Positions 57,742 to 64,000 of a stretch of 64,000 nt of DNA are shown piece after piece. The stretch lies in the NCBI GenBank assembly GCA_040217195.1, contig JAVJNR010000003.1:640001-704000 (forward strand), in the 5' to 3' direction. A program made the translations under genes and the position numbers. The stretch is from Leptospiraceae bacterium (GTDB lineage: Bacteria > Spirochaetota > Leptospiria > Leptospirales > Leptonemataceae). Numbering within the stretch: the stretch's first letter is position 1; every line of letters starts with the position of its first letter. The notes under the pieces are model-generated. The model had not been told where the DNA came from and ran no database searches. It saw nothing but the letters and a program-made list of their open reading frames with translations.

Positions 57742-58197
57742 CTATGCTTTCGTGTCTGAAGGGATGCTCCGGGAGTCTAAAAGCGATGTCAGCCTATCTC
57801 GATGGCTCCACAGAATCCAACCTTCTACTGCCAGTAGAAATAATCCCATGGGAATCCCTGGACCGGTTCTGGCCAGAATCCAGAGATACGGCACAATATG
57901 GGCGATCACCGGTAAAAGTAGCAAGGCTCCCAGAAGCTGTGTCCTTCTGGCTACGAGAAGGGCCCCACCCAGTATTTCCACTGCGCCCACGAATTGCCAG
58001 ATGTAGCCGGTGGCCAGAAGCGCCCCCAGAAATCGTCCGGCTTCAGGAGGAATTGGCGGCGTGGGCATAAAGGGATAGAATTTTGAGCTACCGAACAGCA
58101 GGAACAAGGCGCTCATCAACCAGACCGGGACATTGCCCAGTATCTCAATCCAACGATTATTAACCAACGACTCATTAATATAGGTTTTTTTTCTCAT
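57742..58197 (-). CDS. DoxX-family membrane protein
   Basis: LF..FG..KF, ATGY.WQFVG..EI.GG.LL, GALLLLP. Confidence 0.8.
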   Translation of the reverse strand: MRKKTYINESLVNNRWIEILGNVPVWLMSALFLLFGSSKFYPFMPTPPIPPEAGRFLGALLATGYIWQFVGAVEILGGALLVARRTQLLGALLLLPVIAHIVPYLWILARTGPGIPMGLFLLAVEGWILWSHRDRLTSLLDSRSIPSDTKA

Positions 58198-58236
58198 TTT
58201 ATACTCCTGGCCGCTCTAGGAAGAACGGCATTTTTT

Positions 58237-58324
58237 ACTTGTCCACACAACTTTATGCGACCCCTTTACTTGTGTAGACAAGTATTTTTCGCCAGGCCCG
58301 ACAAAAAAAGTTGTCAGCACAACT
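58237..58324. promoter_or_regulatory. Three 16-bp imperfect palindromes, candidate MarR operators
   Basis: acttgtccacacaact (58237), acttgtgtagacaagt (58268), agttgtcagcacaact (58309) between divergent doxX and marR. Confidence 0.7.
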
Positions 58325-58343
58325 AATTTATTCAGCTTGAGAC

Positions 58344-58787
58344 ATGGCTCTTAAACTGGAAGATCAGCTGGGATATAATCTAAATCGGACGGCCATGCTA
58401 TTCCGGCGGGAACTGGGGCGGTCATTGAAGCCATTTGGCGCAATGACGCCCGAGCAATGGCAAACCATGAATACACTCTGGGAAAGCCCGGATGGTTTGA
58501 GCCCCAGCGAAATACGGGACATCACTTTGCAGGATTTGCCCTCCATTTCTCGTATGGTGAAGCGCATGGAAGAACACGGATGGGTGGAGCGGCTAGCGGA
58601 TCCAGAAGACAGGCGCTCCTTTCGCATAAAGCTTACAGCAAAAGGTATGAAACTGGAAAAGGAGGTGCCAGATAGACTACAGTCTCACTTCCAGAGCATT
58701 CTGGGCTCTCTAAGCAAGAAGGAAGGACAGGATTTGCTTTCCTCTTTGAAGAAACTGCGAACAGCTCTTGGCGATGAATACTCCTGA
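58344..58787 (+). CDS. MarR-family transcriptional regulator
   Basis: TPEQW..L..LW, SRMVKRME..GWVER..DP.DRRS..I.LT..G. Confidence 0.92.
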   Translation: MALKLEDQLGYNLNRTAMLFRRELGRSLKPFGAMTPEQWQTMNTLWESPDGLSPSEIRDITLQDLPSISRMVKRMEEHGWVERLADPEDRRSFRIKLTAKGMKLEKEVPDRLQSHFQSILGSLSKKEGQDLLSSLKKLRTALGDEYS

Positions 58788-58850
58788 TATGAGCAGAAAG
58801 ACTTTTCGTAGCATCAATGTTTCTCGAAGGGCCTCCGACTTTCGCTGCAG

Positions 58851-58875
58851 AAAAAAAGGCCGGGAAGGCCCGGCC
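58851..58875 (-). terminator. Intrinsic terminator
   Basis: ggccggg-aagg-cccggcc preceded by an A-run on + (U-tract on -). Confidence 0.7.
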
Positions 58876-58909
58876 GCTTGTCGCTTTCCTGTTATCTCTT
58901 TTTATGATT

Positions 58910-60013
58910 TCAGGGCCCGGAGTCGCTGGATGGCGCCAGTGTGCTGCCGGGATCCAGAAAGGTAACGTTCAGTCCATCAATGGTTGCCTGACGTAAATCC
59001 TCGTAGGAGGTGGTTTCTGTAAGAATCTGATCGAAAAGTGTATCTATGGCCGATCCAGACCTGAAATCGGCCGGTACGCTTCCTTCCGCTACGTTATCGT
59101 TTATAAAACCATTACCATTGAACAGTCCATAGTCCAGACTCGGATCCACTCCACAAGCAGTCCTTTCCGTTCCGTACTGGGCCCCCTCCCATACAGCCAC
59201 TTTCGCAGTAGTTTGAAACGGCGAAGCAGTTTTTTGGCCATAGGCGATAGCATAGTAAAGAGGTGTCGTATCACATAGAGGATTTGCCGACTCAATCTGA
59301 GATGCCGTACTAGAGTTCAGGCGAACTACTGCTTTCACGCAGAGTAAAGCTCCGCCGTCCATATTCTCTAAGAAAATTCTCGCTCTATCCGTAGGTCCAC
59401 CGCTGCTTAGAGGGCCATTGCTCCATGTGTATGTCTGAATATTGCCGTCTGAGCCAGATTGCACCCAGCTTTCTACAAATGTATCGTTCCCATTGAATTG
59501 TGTAGGATTCAGGACGTTCGTTCTATAAATCACCAGAGCCCCGGATCCACTTACATCTCCGTAATCGTTGAAGAAAAGCTCTAGAGCTTTTGCATCGTCT
59601 GATTGCCGCCATATGATCAATCTATGCTTAAAGCCTTTCGCTGACCCGCAGGCAGAGCAGGTAACATTATACGTGGATGTTGCATTTTTTGTAATATGAA
59701 TCTTCCCGGTGAAAGTTCCCAGTTGAACGTTCACTCGAGCTACAGTTGTACCGTCTGGCCATTGAAAGAAATTTGCACTATTGAGCCCGGTAAGTATTGA
59801 GTCGATCAAACTGGAATTCGCATTCGCCCAGGTAACCGATTGCCGAACCCCGCCCCAGGCGTTTTCAGCAGCCTGAGCTTCTTTAATTCCAGAGATGTCC
59901 AGCCTCAGCTCAATCGGACGATCAATCCTATAGGTCTTAACTTCATAAATAGTGATGGATGCTCCCAGAAAGGCAAGCAGAGCCATGGTTCCAAAAATCC
60001 ATTTTCTATTCAT
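58910..60013 (-). CDS. Secreted/membrane-anchored hypothetical protein
   Basis: N-terminal hydrophobic segment; GGAGG RBS; several Cys; 9 bp downstream of a small lipoprotein gene. Confidence 0.75.
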   Translation of the reverse strand: MNRKWIFGTMALLAFLGASITIYEVKTYRIDRPIELRLDISGIKEAQAAENAWGGVRQSVTWANANSSLIDSILTGLNSANFFQWPDGTTVARVNVQLGTFTGKIHITKNATSTYNVTCSACGSAKGFKHRLIIWRQSDDAKALELFFNDYGDVSGSGALVIYRTNVLNPTQFNGNDTFVESWVQSGSDGNIQTYTWSNGPLSSGGPTDRARIFLENMDGGALLCVKAVVRLNSSTASQIESANPLCDTTPLYYAIAYGQKTASPFQTTAKVAVWEGAQYGTERTACGVDPSLDYGLFNGNGFINDNVAEGSVPADFRSGSAIDTLFDQILTETTSYEDLRQATIDGLNVTFLDPGSTLAPSSDSGP

Positions 60014-60022
60014 AAATCCCTC

Positions 60023-60217
60023 CTAATCCGTTACAAATCCTGGCGGTATGCAGACCACCATGCCGGAGTTATTCGTACAACTGGTGCCTGGTTGTAGCAA
60101 AGCCCAGAGAGCCAGCAGTTGCAGACTATTATCATCCTTCTCCTCTTCCAGGCCCAGCAGACTACAGGAAGAAAGGGAAAATGCGCAAAATGAAATTATA
60201 GCCAGGAATCTCTTCAT
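60023..60217 (-). CDS. Small lipoprotein
   Basis: GGAGGAG RBS; lipobox LSSC; C-terminal C..NSG.V.CIPPG. Confidence 0.7.
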   Translation of the reverse strand: MKRFLAIISFCAFSLSSCSLLGLEEEKDDNSLQLLALWALLQPGTSCTNNSGMVVCIPPGFVTD

Positions 60218-60496
60218 AACACTCCTCCGGAAGCCTCCAGTTCTGCCCGGTGCTTCCACGGGCCTCGGTCAGGCCCTCAATACGTACTACATTCGCTACA
60301 GCAGGATTTCCACAAAAAAATTCATCCCTAACCTGCGCCGGTATAACCCAGGGTCGGTCGACATCTTAGCGTCACATTCCAGGGATTACTACGCAGGGCG
60401 TACGATTGCAGAATACCCCGGTACCGGATCCCAAATATATCCTTCGGGCTACGGGTTTCTGGTTTGAATGGAAGTTAGCGAGTGGATAGAGTGAAA

Positions 60497-60530
60497 GAAC
60501 TTCAGGCCGAGCAGATTCGGCCTGAAGTTC
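60497..60530 (-). terminator. Hairpin terminator after xerD
   Basis: gaacttcaggccga-gcagat-tcggcctgaagttc perfect 14-bp stem. Confidence 0.75.
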
Positions 60531-60541
60531 ACAGGCAGGAA

Positions 60542-61432
60542 TTAGCCCCGGGGATGAAATTTCTTATGCACTTCTTTCAGGGTGCGACTGGCCATGTGAG
60601 TATAGATCTGTGTGGTCGAAATATCCAGATGTCCCAGTAGTTCTTGAACGCTTCGTAGATCTGCATTGTTTTCAATCAAATGTGTTGCGAAGCTGTGTCG
60701 AAAGGTATGCGGAGTAACTGGCTTTTTGATTCCAGTCCGAGAGATGTATTTCTTTAGAAGCCGCCAGACAGACTTACGGTTCAGCAAATCGCCTTTCTTG
60801 CTAATAAAAAGGTACTGGCTGTAGCGGGATTTGAGAATTTTCTCCCTGGCGTTGTCCATATAATTCTGAATCACTTCCAGAGATTTCTGACCAAACGGCA
60901 CCAGTCGCTCTCGCCCGCCTTTTCCGCGAACCGTCAAAAAGAGGTTCTCCAGATCAAGATCTTCCAGCCGCAGATTGCAGGCCTCGGAAATTCTCAGTCC
61001 ACTGGAGTACAGCAATTCGAAAATCGCCTTATCCCGCATTTCGTAAGGGTCCTTTTCGTTAAAGCAATCAAAGAGTTCTTTGATCTCTTCTACAGTTAGA
61101 TAATCCGGCAGAGTCTTTTTAACTTCCGGTGTATCAACATTCTCAGTTGGGTTAGCTTCCAGCCGGTTTTCATCTTTAAGGTACCGGTAAAACTGCCGCA
61201 GAGCTGCTAAAGCCCTTGCACGTGATCTGCTGGAGATCTGCTTCTCTTTTTGATCTTGAAGAAAGCCCACCACATCTTCAGTGTTTACGGTGAGTAGATC
61301 TTTGCGACGGGCTGCCACAAAGTCCTCAAACTTCTTCAAGTCGTAGGAGTAAGCATGAATGGAGTTCTCACTCAATCCTCGCTCCACCAACAGAAAATCT
61401 TGGAATTCTTTCAGTATATTAGGCCTGGTCAA
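60542..61432 (-). CDS. xerD: Site-specific tyrosine recombinase XerD
   Basis: ERGLS.NS..AY..DL, LYSSGLRISE, GKGG.ERLVP, TPHTFRHSFATHL, QELLGH..ISTTQIYTH, HPRG. Confidence 0.9.
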   Translation of the reverse strand: MTRPNILKEFQDFLLVERGLSENSIHAYSYDLKKFEDFVAARRKDLLTVNTEDVVGFLQDQKEKQISSRSRARALAALRQFYRYLKDENRLEANPTENVDTPEVKKTLPDYLTVEEIKELFDCFNEKDPYEMRDKAIFELLYSSGLRISEACNLRLEDLDLENLFLTVRGKGGRERLVPFGQKSLEVIQNYMDNAREKILKSRYSQYLFISKKGDLLNRKSVWRLLKKYISRTGIKKPVTPHTFRHSFATHLIENNADLRSVQELLGHLDISTTQIYTHMASRTLKEVHKKFHPRG

Positions 61433-61568
61433 AGTTCCGCTCCCTACAACTACATAATCGGTTCGCTATGTCTCTTTTTTTGAAACATTTTTGGCGGAAG
61501 GGCCGTCCGGAGGCTTTTTTTGCAGGAATAAATGTTGCTCCATGATCCAGCCAAATAGACCTGTACGC

Positions 61569-62951
61569 ATGGCCATCGAAGATCCATTGAAAGATATAGT
61601 AGCATTGTGTAAGAGAAGAGGCTTTGTATTCCCGGGCTCAGAGATATATGGAGGACTTTCCAATACCTTCGATTATGGTCCGTACGGTTCCGAGCTGTTG
61701 AGAAACCTGAAAAATCGATGGTGGAAATCCTTTGTCAGCGAAAGAGCCGATGTTGTTGGTCTGGACAGTGGAATATTATTGCATCCCAGAGTCTGGGAAG
61801 CCTCCGGTCATGTTTCCAGCTTTAATGATCCACTGATAGACTGCAAACAGTGCAGATCTCGATTTCGAGCAGACAAGTATCTGGAAGATCAGCTGGGTAT
61901 TGAAACATCCAATCTGGATCTGGATGGTATAAAGAAGAAATTCCTGGAAAATCCTGATCTAAAGTGTCCTAGCTGCGGATCCAGAGACTTCACCGAGCCC
62001 AAGCAATTCAATCTAATGTTTGAAACCAAGATGGGAGCTACGGCAGATTCGGATATGAATGTCTATTTGCGCCCGGAAACTGCGCAGGGAATCTTTATTA
62101 ACTTCCGGAACGTCGTGGATACATGTCGCGTGCGAGTTCCCTTTGGCATTGCGCAAATTGGAAAGAGCTTTCGAAATGAAATTATAGCCCGACAATTTGT
62201 GTTTAGAACCAGAGAGTTCGAACAAATGGAAATGGAATATTTCTGCGCGCCAGGCACCCAGAAGGACTGGTTTGAGCACTGGGTGGAATTCTGTAAAAGC
62301 TGGCTGGAAGGACTGGGTCTTCACGGTGAGAATCTGAGGGTAAGGTCCCACGATCCAGAGGAACTGGCTTTCTATTCAGAAGGGACAGTGGATCTGGAAT
62401 ATAACTTTCCTTTTGGCTGGGGCGAACTATGGGGCATCGCCTCCAGAACAAGCTATGACCTGGGGAAACATATGGAATTTTCCGGTAAGAAGCTGGAGTA
62501 TCAAGACCCGGAAACTAAAGAAAAGTATGTTCCTTACGTGGTTGAGCCAGCCCTGGGATTGAATCGACTCTTCCTAGCCGTACTATGTGATGCATATGCC
62601 GTGGAAGATGCAGGAACCAAAGAGCAAAGGGTACTACTGAAATTGCATCCAGATCTGTCCCCGGTAAAAGCAGGTATCTTTCCATTGGTTAAGAAGGATG
62701 GATTGCCTGAGATCGCAGAAAAACTCTACAGAGACCTGGCAAAACACTGGCCGGTGGACTACGACATTTCCGGAAACATTGGCAAGAGATACTACAGACA
62801 GGATGAACTGGGCACCCCGTTCTGCATTACTGTGGATTATGATTCCAAAGAAGATCAGAAAGCGACAGTTCGCGAAAGGGACTCCAAGAAACAGGAAAGG
62901 GTTAGTCTGGATAAGATGGTGGATTACATTCGCGACCATATTGAAATCTAA
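61569..62951 (+). CDS. glyQS: Glycine--tRNA ligase (homodimeric type)
   Basis: KRRGFVFPGSEIYGG, LRPETAQGIF, GKSFRNEI, FRTREFEQME, IGKRY.RQDE.GTP. Confidence 0.96.
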   Translation: MAIEDPLKDIVALCKRRGFVFPGSEIYGGLSNTFDYGPYGSELLRNLKNRWWKSFVSERADVVGLDSGILLHPRVWEASGHVSSFNDPLIDCKQCRSRFRADKYLEDQLGIETSNLDLDGIKKKFLENPDLKCPSCGSRDFTEPKQFNLMFETKMGATADSDMNVYLRPETAQGIFINFRNVVDTCRVRVPFGIAQIGKSFRNEIIARQFVFRTREFEQMEMEYFCAPGTQKDWFEHWVEFCKSWLEGLGLHGENLRVRSHDPEELAFYSEGTVDLEYNFPFGWGELWGIASRTSYDLGKHMEFSGKKLEYQDPETKEKYVPYVVEPALGLNRLFLAVLCDAYAVEDAGTKEQRVLLKLHPDLSPVKAGIFPLVKKDGLPEIAEKLYRDLAKHWPVDYDISGNIGKRYYRQDELGTPFCITVDYDSKEDQKATVRERDSKKQERVSLDKMVDYIRDHIEI

Positions 62952-63153
62952 TTTCGTCGCCCGGGCCCCGTATTGCTTCAATGATAGTCAGAACAGGCAA
63001 TAGCCGGACTTGAGCGACAGAGCTATCAAGAGAGTATGCAACATTACCTGCTGCGACCTTTTTTCTGGAGGCATAATTCTTCCAGGCCTGCGATGATGAA
63101 GTTTTTCAGGCTAACAGCATAGATTGATTCGCTTAGCTTTCTGTTTATATAAT

Positions 63154-63600
63154 ATGATAGACTGGATATCCTGGATCCTCAACGGGCAAACATTGGCCAC
63201 CGGTTTCATGACCGGCCTGGTATGGTTCGTACAGATCAATCATTATCCGCTTTTTCAGAAGATACCGGAAAATTCATTCAAAGACTATGAAAGGGAGCAT
63301 GTGAGACGCACCGGCTGGATTGTAGCTCCAACCATGCTTCTGGAACTGATTTGCTGCATCGCTCTGGTTATTCTGATTCAGTCTTCAGGCGCGCATGGCT
63401 TCAAGGCTTTCTGGCTAAACTATGCCAATCCTGCGCTAGTTGGCCTGAACTGGGTCTCCACCTTCTTCGTTCAGATACCCATTCATAATCGATTACAGAG
63501 CGGCAAGGACTACTCCGCAATTCGAAAGCTGACTCTAAGTAATTGGCCCAGGACTATCCTCTGGACTGTGGCCTTCATTGGCCTGGTCTTTGTTCGCTGA
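63154..63600 (+). CDS. Conserved 4-TM membrane protein
   Basis: MTGLVWFVQ..HYPLF, H.RR..WIV.P.M..E, Q.P.H..L, NW.RT..W. Confidence 0.7.
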   Translation: MIDWISWILNGQTLATGFMTGLVWFVQINHYPLFQKIPENSFKDYEREHVRRTGWIVAPTMLLELICCIALVILIQSSGAHGFKAFWLNYANPALVGLNWVSTFFVQIPIHNRLQSGKDYSAIRKLTLSNWPRTILWTVAFIGLVFVR

Positions 63601-63678
63601 TTCCAGAATAATCCATAGGTTCCAGGACCAGTTTTTCATTGCACTGCGCCGACCCTACCTTCCGTTGTTGTAACCGAA

Positions 63679-64000
63679 ATGATGATACATTCTGACAGGG
63701 AGCCCCGGCTCCGATTCGCTCTGATTAATGCGATACGCACTCTGTTTACCGGCCTGGCATGTATGCTGGCTTTTCTGTCGGACCAACCCGGGGCAGGATG
63801 GCTTCTGGCCGCTCTGCTTGCTCTGGCCATTATCTGGCTGGTTATTACTACCTTCTGGGTCAGCGCCGAAAGACAGAGCGGATACCTTTCCCTTCTGCCA
63901 ACCTTCTCGGACATTACTCTACTGACGGCTTACATCTATTATACCGGTGGAAGTTTATCCACGGCGTTGCTCATCTATGTCTACGTAGTGGCTGTTTCGT
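63679..64000 (+). CDS. Partial membrane protein, probably the N-terminus of a sensor protein (runs off the window)
   Basis: Open frame MMIHSDREPRLRF...DITLLTAYIYYTGGSLS; D..L....Y.TGG..S motif is typical of membrane sensor domains. Confidence 0.55.
   Translation, partial: MMIHSDREPRLRFALINAIRTLFTGLACMLAFLSDQPGAGWLLAALLALAIIWLVITTFWVSAERQSGYLSLLPTFSDITLLTAYIYYTGGSLSTALLIYVYVVAVS

Noticed and set aside
60542..61432. Tyrosine recombinase as a prophage or island integrase (with tRNA-Gly as att site)
   Set aside because: XerD-type length and motifs with housekeeping neighbours; no duplicated tRNA 3' end or phage genes seen

Overview
A gene-dense bacterial chromosome segment with no prophage, IS or CRISPR. 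Gene content (FlbD/MotAB/FliL/FliY, DUF1577-like PilZ protein, HAMP-SpoIIE-TPR phosphatase, Lsa26-like protein, many spirochaetal lipoproteins) suggests a member of the Leptospiraceae (inference). It carries a Pho cluster (tRNA-Gly, phoB-phoR, pstSCAB, phoU) with shared Pho boxes, waaA, flagellar motor genes split by a 20-bp tandem array, a CPBP/MBOAT pair and a 1348-aa surface lipoprotein. Housekeeping genes include pdhABC, an SSADH, pyrE, lnt, a GH36, xerD and glyQS. The most notable locus is a cobalamin-riboswitch-led operon (21.9-24.7 kb) of two uncharacterised lipoproteins, a DUF4430 (transcobalamin-like) lipoprotein and a solitary ECF S-component-like protein, followed by cobT-cobS-cobC. 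It looks like a non-canonical B12 capture/salvage system with no BtuB or BtuFCD in the window. Also notable are a SET methyltransferase fused to a histone H1-like KKPA tail directly behind fliY and a sigma54/enhancer-controlled porin. All family assignments come from motif recognition by eye; no database searches were run.
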